Positions 48,268 through 59,200 of a DNA stretch of 64,000 nucleotides are shown here, piece after piece. Location: positions 9,749 to 73,748 of the IMG/VR virus record IMGVR_UViG_3300044681_000098. One strand, written 5' to 3'. The position numbers were made by a program, and so were the translations under genes. The DNA is from a virus. Position 1 is the stretch's first letter. Every line of letters starts with the position of its first letter. The notes below the pieces were generated by a model. The model did no database searches, was not told where the DNA came from, and was given only the letters and a program-made list of their open reading frames with translations.

Positions 48268-48486
48268 ATGGCTCTCCCATATCAAGAAACACCAATTAAC
48301 ACGGTTCCAAAAACTGACGACTTTGATCAGTGGCGTGTGAAAACAAATCAAGCTATTGAACGAACAAACAACCAAGAAGTCAAGATTGGTGACCTAAATA
48401 CATTGTTGGATCCACAAGATAACTTAGTTAACGCAGTTAACAGTGGTCGCCAATTTTCAATAGCAATCACTCTTGCTCTAGGATAA
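48268..48486 (+). CDS. small virion-associated protein
   Basis: FDQWRVKTN motif; ends IAITLALG. Confidence 0.65.
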   Translation: MALPYQETPINTVPKTDDFDQWRVKTNQAIERTNNQEVKIGDLNTLLDPQDNLVNAVNSGRQFSIAITLALG

Positions 48487-48492
48487 TAAAAC

Positions 48493-48813
48493 ATGGCAAA
48501 CGTATTCAAAAATTCACTTAAAAAAGATGTGGGAACATCTGCTGTAGAAGTATACACAGTTCCGACAGGTCAAAAATCAATCATCATTGAACTTGATGTA
48601 TGTAACACTGCTATCGGAGCAACACAGTGTGATGTTTTTATCACTAAGAGTGCAGTTGATTACTACGTAGTTAAAAATGCACCAGTTCCAGTCGGTGGTT
48701 CTTTGCAAGTTATCGCAGGGCAAAAGATTGTATTGGAAGCAGGTGACTCAATTTATGTTAAATCAGCTGCTGGAACATTAGACGTAATCGCTTCTATTCT
48801 TGAGGACGTATAA
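48493..48813 (+). CDS. hypothetical beta-rich virion protein
   Basis: MANVFKN...VPVGGSLQVI..QKIVLEAGD. Confidence 0.7.
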   Translation: MANVFKNSLKKDVGTSAVEVYTVPTGQKSIIIELDVCNTAIGATQCDVFITKSAVDYYVVKNAPVPVGGSLQVIAGQKIVLEAGDSIYVKSAAGTLDVIASILEDV

Positions 48814-50006
48814 TGGCATATCTTGGTAACTCTTTCCCAGACGTTTCTTCTGGTACTAGAACTAGAGAGGACTTCATCGGTGATGGAGTCCAAACCACAT
48901 TTTTACTTCAGCAACCTGTTCCTGGTGCTTTTGAGGGTAACATTTCAGTCATTGTTGATAACGTAAACCAACAACCTGAAGACGCATATAACATCGTAAC
49001 AGTAAAAAAGTTAAACTTCAACAATCAGGTTCTTGAGTTCCAAAGAAACAAAGTAGTAACTCAATCAAGTAGTGGTGCAACAGGCATCATTATCGAATAT
49101 CAGCAGAACACAGGATATCTTTATGTTTTACAGACATCTTCTGCAGACTTCGTTTCTACTGGTAGCACACAAATAGTTCAACAGAATGATAACTCAACAA
49201 CGTCTACTGCTTTTGTGACAAGTATCGAGACACTGTATGGTAGAGGGTTATCCTTTACTGGTATTCCAGATGTTGGTCAGGTTATTTACGCTACGCATCT
49301 TGGTGGGTTGTCATACCAGAGTGCACCAGCTGCTGGCTCGGTAACTGCTGAGACATTAGCAGACAACCTTAGAGATTTTAGTACAGTTAAGTATACAGCA
49401 ATTGCTGCCGATGACACATTTGATTTGAATAGACAAGAACAATTTGTCAATTCATTATTGGTAACAGTTGATGGGCAGATTAAAAGTCCAGGAGATGATT
49501 ATAGTATTTCGAACAGTGGAAATTCTATAACCTTCACTACCCCAATGAGCGGTGGGGAAGCTATTGTTATTAGACATTTGTCATTCTCAACAGTATCTAG
49601 AACTGCTGTCGAAGAATATGGGTCATGGACTCCTAACTTTACTATTGGTGGCGGAACAAGCAACTTAAACTTTCTATCGAAAATTGGAGTCTATAATAAA
49701 ATAGGAAGGATGGTAAGCATTAACGTATCAATGCGTTTGATTCAAGCTGGTGACTCAACAGGTGTGTTGACAATTTCTGGACTTCCATATATTTCTTATG
49801 GTGTTACTGATCATGTGTTCCCAATTTTCATCGATGAATGTGATTCCCTAGATGGCGTCCCTATGGCTAAACTTCAACCACAAACATCAACAATTCAACT
49901 TGGGTATATCAACCAAGCTACTGGAAGATGGGTAGCATTTGACCACCAAGTATTGACTAACTCCTCACAAATTATTCTATCATTCTCTTACATGAGTGCT
50001 AAATAA
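48813..50006 (+). CDS. putative tail fibre/baseplate accessory protein
   Basis: MAYLGN, two copies of a F-x-L...V.VD...Q/K.P...Y module, and EEYGSWTP fibre-like C-domain. Confidence 0.7.
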   Translation: MAYLGNSFPDVSSGTRTREDFIGDGVQTTFLLQQPVPGAFEGNISVIVDNVNQQPEDAYNIVTVKKLNFNNQVLEFQRNKVVTQSSSGATGIIIEYQQNTGYLYVLQTSSADFVSTGSTQIVQQNDNSTTSTAFVTSIETLYGRGLSFTGIPDVGQVIYATHLGGLSYQSAPAAGSVTAETLADNLRDFSTVKYTAIAADDTFDLNRQEQFVNSLLVTVDGQIKSPGDDYSISNSGNSITFTTPMSGGEAIVIRHLSFSTVSRTAVEEYGSWTPNFTIGGGTSNLNFLSKIGVYNKIGRMVSINVSMRLIQAGDSTGVLTISGLPYISYGVTDHVFPIFIDECDSLDGVPMAKLQPQTSTIQLGYINQATGRWVAFDHQVLTNSSQIILSFSYMSAK

Positions 50007-50027
50007 TAGAAGGAAACAGGAGACAAA

Positions 50028-50255
50028 ATGGCGTTAAGTAAAATCAAGTCTGGTTCACTACAACCAGACATCAAACTCCAAGGCGACATCGTTGACTTGC
50101 CAGGTGGCTTAAGTGAAGAAAGAACTGGTGCTCCTGAACCTGGAAACCTAAGGTTTAACGATACGTTAAGAAAAATGGAAATATATAATGGTTCTACTTG
50201 GGACGTTTACAACACCCAAGCATTACAAATTGCTTTATCAGTTGCACTTGCATAA
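50028..50255 (+). CDS. small fibre-associated protein
   Basis: GNLRFNDT...EIYNGSTW motif; ends IALSVALA. Confidence 0.7.
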   Translation: MALSKIKSGSLQPDIKLQGDIVDLPGGLSEERTGAPEPGNLRFNDTLRKMEIYNGSTWDVYNTQALQIALSVALA

Positions 50256-50281
50256 CAAAATATTGGAATCAGAGGAAATAA

Positions 50282-53200
50282 ATGGCTAAGAAACTCCTAG
50301 CAACAGGTTACAGAATTGATAGAAATAACAACTCAATCTTTCTTGAGGGTAACGTCCTTCACCAAAGATTGTTGCTTATTACAGATGTAACATTAAATAG
50401 AATCCTTTATAACTTCGCTGACGAAGGTTCTGGTCTTATTTCCATCAACTATGATGGAGATACACAAGAAACAGAACTGATTCTACGTCAGTCTCTTTCT
50501 AATCTGAATGTTTTAGACACAGACACTCTTCAAGTTTTGATTGAAGAGGAATCGACTTCATTCAGACCAGAAGATCCTTTCCTAGATCCTGTTAGCAAGA
50601 TTCGTGTTAGCCAACCAGAAAACCTTATTGACACTGACTTTGAATATGGTCTTCAGTCAACTAAGTGGGAAACACTAAAGTTAGTTAATAACATCCCATC
50701 GTTCTATTCAAAGAATGGTGTTTCTTCTGTAACTGTAACCTCTGTGCAGTCAACTGTTCAGGATAACAAAGTAATCGTTACTGCGCCAAACCATGGGTTA
50801 GCAGTCGGTTCACCTTTTGAGATCACTGGACTATCGAACTCTCAGTTTGAGGGTGGCTATATTGTAACTACTATCATTAGTCCAGACCAATTCTCTTACC
50901 AATTACCATTTAAGTCATTAGTTACGCAAGAACTAGCAACTGTTTACACTAACATTCTACCTGGAGCTTTCTATTTCGGCTCTCAGATCACAGTTGTTGA
51001 TATCACAACTAATGGTTTACCAGAATCACACTTAACTGTTCAGACACGTTACCCACACGGTTTCTCTATCAACACTCCATTCTACTTCTTGAATACTGTT
51101 GCGGTTTTCCGTCAAGACATTCCAGTTACCCAGTTCGTTATTGACGACACAGTGACTAACGATGTGTCAACTACAACAGAATCTGTTGGTGAATCTGTTA
51201 ACGACTACAGAATCTCTTCAGTAACACCTTATAACTTTATCGGTAGAAATACACGTTATATCGATTCTACTAATGCAATTATTAGCACTTATGTTCCTAT
51301 CTCTTCGGTAAGAGTCACAAGTGGTGGTGCTGGTTATCAGCAAGATCCAGTTGTTCTACCTAAAGGTGTTAATACTGGAACTATCAGCCAAACATCATAT
51401 GAAATTGCTTGGAACGCAAGCACTGGTGTTGCTCTAGCTACTGATATCATCACTACTGCTGCAAACAATTTCCAAACTGGCGACAGAATTGAGTATTTTG
51501 GTCCAGCAACAGCTAACACTGCAACTTCTTCAGGTGTTATTTCGGGAAATAGCTTAGTCGATAATCTGACTGGCACGGACAACTATACTGGTGTTACAGA
51601 CACTAATGGTAGAGGTTTCGTTGCTACTATGATTACAACGTCAGCTACCTTTAATGGTGCTGCGCTTGGTGCAACAACAGCAACAATGTCTATCCCAGAG
51701 ATTAATGTGGATAGCAACTTGTCTCTACCACAGATTGGTATGGCAATTCAACTAAGAGTTGGCGCTGCATATATTCTTCCTAATGGCACTAAGATCTCTA
51801 ACGTATCGTTGAGCGCAGGAACATACACTCTATCTCTAGAGTTCCCTGCTCCTCTTTCTGCTGCTATTAACGCCACATTGCCTGGAGCAGCATTTGCTAC
51901 TGGCATCGATCCTATCGATAATACATTCTACGCTAAGTCTCACGGATTTGAGACAGGCGACTACATCAATTATGTCTATACTGCCGCAACTGGTGGTACT
52001 GGTAACTTCCCAGCTTCATCTGTTGGTCCAACAGGATTGACATCTGGTACACGTTACAACTTAATTAAACTTGATGATGATCGTTTCAGACTTGCTACTT
52101 CTAGAGAAAATGCCCACAGAGGAATTCCTGTTGACATCACAGACATTGGCTTCCCAACACAAACTGCTGGGCAGAACGTAGTACCTGGAATTAAGTTTTA
52201 CGGACAAAACAAGAGCATTTACTACAGAAGAATCAGCGCAACAACAGGTACTTTGCACCCAACACAAGCTGATGCTCTTTCAAACACAAACATCCTGAAC
52301 TTCACTGCTGCTGGTACAAACGTGGCACACAACTTCAGTGCAGCTAGAGCTGTATTGACTGCAGTAAGAACAGGAAACCAATTAACTGGCGTTACCGTTG
52401 ATGATGGTGGTAATACCTATGAAAAGAATAGTGCTATTACTGTTCTTGCTAAACAAACAGTTAGATCTATCCAATCAACAAACAATGGTGGTGGTTACGC
52501 TTCTGGAACAACTAACGTACTTAGATTCAAGACTCAGGAATGGGATTCTCCAATCTATGTTGGTATGAGAGTCACAGGAACAGGTATTCCTGCTAACTAC
52601 TCAGTTCAATCTATTAGCGATGACCCAGTTAACCCAGGATATCAGTCTATCTCGATCAACGGTAACATTAATGCAAACATTGCCGTTGGTAATGTATTGA
52701 CATTTGAAGATCCAGCTGGAACAGCTGCTGTTGCAGTTCCTAATGTTAGAACTCAATGTGTATACTATCCAAACCACAATTACGTAATTGGAGATGTTGT
52801 TTACTTCGCAGCACCACCAAATCCAGTTGGCGTAACAGGAACACAATTCTATGGTGGGGTTGCTGAGTCTAGAGCATACTATGTATACCCAATCGATTCC
52901 GATTACTTCGCTCTAGTGACATCATTCCCATCTACTGGTTATACCGTAACGACATCAAACTCTAGAGTTGCTATCACAACTACTGGAACAGTATACCTAG
53001 ACAGAAAGTTCATGATGACTACGGCAGCTAGGGTAACTAGCGTTGGATCAAACATTATTAACTGGTCTAGCCCAACTCCAATTAGTTTGGTGAACGGTGA
53101 TGCTATTGTTATCTCTTCTGGATCAGGTGGAACTGATACTATTGCAAGTTTACCAGCAAACTCAGTATCAGCTGCCGTAGGCGCAACCTATGATAATGGT

Positions 53201-56200
53201 TTACATAGAGTATTTTATATTGTCAACTCAAACCAAAATGGCTTGGCACAATCTGGCGCAATTCAAATTTCTCAAACACCAAATGGTGCAATCCAGACAC
53301 TAGGTGCTATGACTGGTGCTGTATTACTAATACCAGCTGTGGTTATCCCTGAAGCGGATTCTATCTATTCTCCAAACCATGGATTCCAGAACGATGACTT
53401 CGTAACTTATACATCTACTGGAACTGCTATCACTGGATTGAATGCGCAGATCGGATCCAACGGATATCTAATCAATAGAATTTCAGACAATAGATTCAAA
53501 CTTAAGACTACTGCTGGTGCTATCGTCGACTTAAAGAACTTTGGTAGCGGAACACATGCGTTCAGCAACACCAAGTATGCCGAATCCGCAAACGTAATTA
53601 ACAAAGTCGGTCACGGTTTCAATACTGGTGATGAGGTTATCTATGACGCTGACGGTAATCCAATTATCGACGGTCTTGTTAGTAACGGTGTTTATGTCAT
53701 TAAGAAGGTTAGCGATGATGCATTCCGTGTTAGTGCAGCATCAAATTCTGCTGATATGAAGATCACCAGAGTTGCTAAACTTGCAGCAAACACTACGATC
53801 ACTGTAGAATTCCAAATTAACCATGGTCTATCGGTTGGTGATTCAATTATTATTCGTGACAACCCAATTCAATACATGAATAACTATTGGACAGTTGCAT
53901 CAGTTCCTGCCACTCCAACAGTTAACGGTTCACCTTCTTCTATCACTATCACTGTACCATACTTTATTGATTCTTCTCCAGCTGTTACACAAAACATTGT
54001 AGCTGGAACTACCTATGGTATTGGTTACAAATACGTGAACTTTAAGTATGTTACTGCAAACAATGCTTTGATTACTCCAGCTGCTGTTGGAAATACATTC
54101 ACAACATTCCAAGCGTTTGATTCGCAAATCACTAAGGAAACACCAGCTGTTCAAGGTGGTAGCATTGTTTCTGCTCTAAGAACTAGACAGAGTACGGTTA
54201 TCCCTACTGGTTCTTACGTTGATACTGTGAGTGGCACATCAATTAGAAAAGCCAAAATCTATTTCAATCGTTCTATCATTGATACCATTTCTCGTGAATC
54301 AGATGTTGTTACCGTTACAACAGTAGATCCACACGGTTATGCTGATGGACAAACAGTAGTAATTTCTGGTCTTGTTGATGAGACATTCAATACAGGTATC
54401 ACCCCTGTAGCAATCACTCTGATTGATTCTACAAGTTTCTCGTTTAGCCAAGTTGGCGACGATGCAACAGAAGATGGAACCTCTCTATCGCATGTTGATA
54501 TGGCATTGACTTCTGCTCAAGCAGCTTTGTTTAATGCTAATGGTGTGGATTCAACGTCAACAACAACTCTAACTCTACAAGCAGCAGCTAGTGGAGCAAC
54601 TACCTTAACATTAAGAGCAGCAGCAAATACTGCTATCTCTAATGTGTCTAAAACTCTAGTAGCTGGTGCTGGTTTAATTGGTCAAACCACATTGACTGTG
54701 CCAGATTTAGTTGGTATTAGACCAGGAAACCCTGTTTCTGGTGTTGGTATTAACGTCGCTGCTAAGGTGAAATCAATCATTAGTGACACTGCTCCATATC
54801 AGATTGAATTAACTCACCCACATACTGCTAACACAACAGCAACTGCTTACTTGTTCTATCAGATTCAGGTTGGTCAGAAAGTTGTTGCGACGGCACCACA
54901 TGATGCTGAGACAGTTAGAACGACAACCGCATCAGCTACAAACTTTAGATTGGTTGCAACAACTGCGCCAGCTAATGCTAAGGTTGGACAGTATGTAACT
55001 GGTAATAGAGCAACTACTGTATTTGATGGTGATTCTGAACCTGACACAAATACGTTTGATGTGCCTACAACTGATAACGTATACACAGTTCCAAGAATTG
55101 TTCAAACACGTTACGATGGTCCATCACCATTCACAGGAACCTCATCATATCTTGGTGCAACAGCACCAGGAAACTTAGGTGCAGTAACTGCTGCTGGCTC
55201 TGGTTTCACAAACATTAGAAACTTCCAAAGTGGTGCAGGTGGTTCTACCGCAGTTTTAGTTGGCGCAAGCCAGTTTATCGTTACTGACCATTGCTGGGAA
55301 GTCGGCGATGCGGTTATTTATGAATCATTCGGAGACACTGCTGTAGCACCACTGGTTAGTGGAACTACTTACTATGTTATCCCAGGAGACGGTTCTGGTG
55401 GTTTCCCATACGATAATATTCAACTGGCACTAAGCCCAGAAGATGCAGCAACTGGAACCTTTATTCCTCTTGTGGGAACAGGTGGTGGTCAATTCCACAG
55501 ATTCTTCTCACCAAGAGTTCTGTTCGGTCCAAGCCTAGTTGGTTCTATTACTAATGCTACAGGAACGATCGCTATTGGTATGGGCGTGACTGCAGTGTCT
55601 ACTGCAGCTACTCCAGTCAATCAGACAACTATCCCAGACTTCACTAAAGTTACTGATATCGTTGATATGTCTGCTCAGGCAAGAGCTAACGCTGCTGGCT
55701 ACAAGTATAGAGTTGTGGTGGATAGCGTTATGCAAGCTGTTGGTACATCCAGCAGTACTGCCGTTACTGTTACGATGAACAGAATTAGAGCTGGTGCATT
55801 CTCAAATGGTACTACAGTTTACACGGATTCTACCACTGGACTCGCTGTTGGTATGAAGTTAGACTTGGGTACAAACGCTGCATTCAGTGGAACTGAAGCA
55901 GGTGTGCTAGCTAATGATACAATCATTACTGCAATTGCAGGTGATGGTAAGTCGTTCACAATTAGCGCTTCGCCATCTACAAATATCAAGAATGCAAGAG
56001 TTATTGCAGGAACTGGTTCCTCTCAAGTATCCTCTACTACTATCTTCACGTCAGACACAACTGGTCTCGTTGTTGGTATGTGTCTCAACGTAGATAGTTC
56101 ATCAGCTTCTGGTGGTGCTGGCGCACTAACTGGAATTACTGATACTGATGCTACTACAGTCACGAGAGTTACCTCAGTTTCTACATACTCATTCACTGTT

Positions 56201-59200
56201 AGCCGTGCAGCAAGCACTGCGTTAAAAGCAGCTAAAGTTTCTGCTGGCGCAGCTTCTGCTCCAAACATCACAGGAAGCCAATCAAGAGTTTACCTATACA
56301 GCACCGATAACATCCAAAAGGGTATGTTTATCAAAGTTGATGCTGGAACAGGTCTAGCATTTGGTCAAGTTGCAAATACTGCAACTGCTGGTGTGGTTAA
56401 CGTGATCAACCCAACTGAAAAGTGGGTTAGCCTTGCGACTGGTACAACAGTCTGGAACGCTACTCCTACTGCATTCGACATCACAACTCCGTTAGCTTCT
56501 GCAGCGATTTCGTTTGGTGCTAACAGTGACGCAGCTGATAAGATTTTCTTACCATCTGTTTCTGGTATCAATACAGGAATGGCTCTGACTCTAAACTCAG
56601 CTTCTAGTGGAACACTTCAGGCTAACACTACAATTATTGCTGTTGATCCTGCTCTACGTTCTATCCAACTAAGCGCAACTCCTGCTGTTGCAGTTGTTGG
56701 TGGATCATTTACTGGAACTATTGCAGATGGTATCGTTGAAGGTCTTTATGTTACTTCAAATGAGCCAAACTTCCCAGAAGGTGCTTACGTCACTAATGTA
56801 ACTGGAACAACAATCGAGCTTAACGTACCGCATGGTGGTGTTAGAAGTGGTCAGTCAGTTAGCTTTAGCCCATTTGCAGAAGGAACTCAAATCACAACTA
56901 TTACTGCTGACGCAGTGAATGGTACTAATATCGTTCTGAACCAAGCACACGCAGGTATCCTTGGTGGTACCAACGTAGAATTTAGAAAGATACCAGACAA
57001 TACATACTTGAGTTCTATTGCTAACTATGCAGCCACAAACTGGGATCTAACTTTAACACCTAAGAATCCTATCGGTTCTGCTATCGTAGTTGACACTGGA
57101 ACAGCAAACGACAGACCTCTGTCATACAACTTTATTGGCTCTGATAAGAACCTTGGTTCTATCACAGACTTCAATACGCTCGGAACTCACATCTTCACTA
57201 GAAGCAGTAACGCTGATGGCGTTTACACTGTTGAAGATATTCCTGAGCCAAACAAGTTTGTTGTTAGAACAGATGGTTTCATCCCATTCAATACTAAGTC
57301 GTTCTTAGATAGCAACGTCAACTATACACAAAGCTACATCTATATTGCTAGCCACAAGTTTAGAGACGGCACTTCTCTGATTTACAGAGCAGGTTCTGCT
57401 GATCCTATCCCTTGCTTGGCTTATACTGATTTTGAAGGTAATGAACAGACTACTCTAATTGATGGTGTTATATACTACGCTGTGGTTGTCGACCCTAACT
57501 ATATCAAACTTGCGACTTCTTTCGATGACGCAACTTCTGACAATCCATCTACTATTGACTTTGATTCTGGCGCAACACCTATGCAGGGTCAGCAATCATT
57601 CGACACTTACTCTATCTTAGGATTGACAACTGGCGAAGGTCGTGTTCAGATTACTGAAGAGTCAGATATCGTTGTTGGTGTTGGAACTAAGTTCCTAACC
57701 AACTTCAAGGGTGGTGACGTATTCCGATTCTACACTGCTGCGAATCCAGGTCTGATCTTCAGTTATCTGGTTAGCTCGGTAAAATCTGATACCTCTATGA
57801 AGTTGCAACAAGTGGTTCCAACAAATGGAACTGTCTCGTTCAATACTATCACAAATAGAACAGTTACTGGAACTGCCGTAACAGTTGGTACTCAAACTAT
57901 CACAATAAGTAGTTCAACTGGTTTGGCTGTTGGTTATCAGATCTCTGATGCGTTGGGTACATATTTCCAAGCGAACACTAGAATTACTGCGATTAACGGT
58001 AACGTGCTTAGCTTAGACAAGTATCTCATCGTCAATGCTCCAGCAAATACTGCGGTTCAGATCCTGCCTCTATTCCAGTACTTCATCAATACAAATATGT
58101 ATGTGAAGTCAAATGCTGTTACAACTCACCGTCCATTTGATGGTGGTGTTTCTATGACAACTGGTTTGGCTCCTGATTCAACTATCACTCGTCAGACAAG
58201 AAGATACTTCCGTTACCAGTCTGGTAAGGGTATCCAATGTTCGATGGCTATTAACTTTAACCCACCAAATGATATTGAAGAATTGTCATCAAGTGGAAAC
58301 ATTGCCAAAGTCAAAGTTGATATTCCTCACGGATTTAATTCTGGTTCTACAAATAGAATTAGAATTACTGAGGCTGAAACTCCATCAGGACACAATGGTT
58401 ATAATGGTGAGTTCCAAATCCAAGAAGTTATAGACGACTACACATTCACTTATGTGTATGAAGATACTGGGTTGATTGGAAAGGTTTCTGACGGTTCTTC
58501 TACTATCACGAATGTGGCTACATTTACTGATATTGAGGTTGGTAAGATACTCAAGCCAGGAACATATGCTGGAATTACAGTTCCAGAAAACTGCTTCATT
58601 ACTTCAGTTAACCAGACTGCAAGAACTGTATCTCTAGATAAGAATCTAACTGGAGACACTAGCTTCGTTGAGATCGATACTATCACCAGAGTCAACAACG
58701 TGACTGTGGTAGTGACGACTACGGATCACGCTCTTGCTAATGGAGACTTTGTCTCTATCCAAGATGTTGCAACTTCTGGTTTGAATATCAATTATGCTCC
58801 AGTTAGAGTATTAGACTCCACTACATTCGAGTTCGATTCAAATGCAGTAGACGCAAATGACGTTGGTGGTTCTGTTTATATTTTGACTAGAATTACTGCA
58901 TACAGACAGAATGGTTCTTCGGTCTCTTATGGATTCCCTAAGTACAACCTGAAGTCTTGGCAGGATGCTTCTATTAGAGCAGGTATGTTTGATAACCAGA
59001 ACGGTATGTTCTTTGAATATGATGGTCAAAATCTATACTGCGTAAGAAGAAGTTCAGTTCAGCAGATCTCTGGTAAGTCAACTGCTACATATCGTTCTTC
59101 TCTAATCACTGGTACTAATACAAAGTATACTACTCAACTTTCTGTTGGTGAGTTTATCGTTATCCGTGGTATGTCTTATAAAGTTATCGGAATCGATAGC

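Noticed and set aside
48484-48495. Stop readthrough joining the 48268 and 48493 ORFs (same frame)
   Set aside because: Tandem TAA TAA stops make readthrough unlikely.
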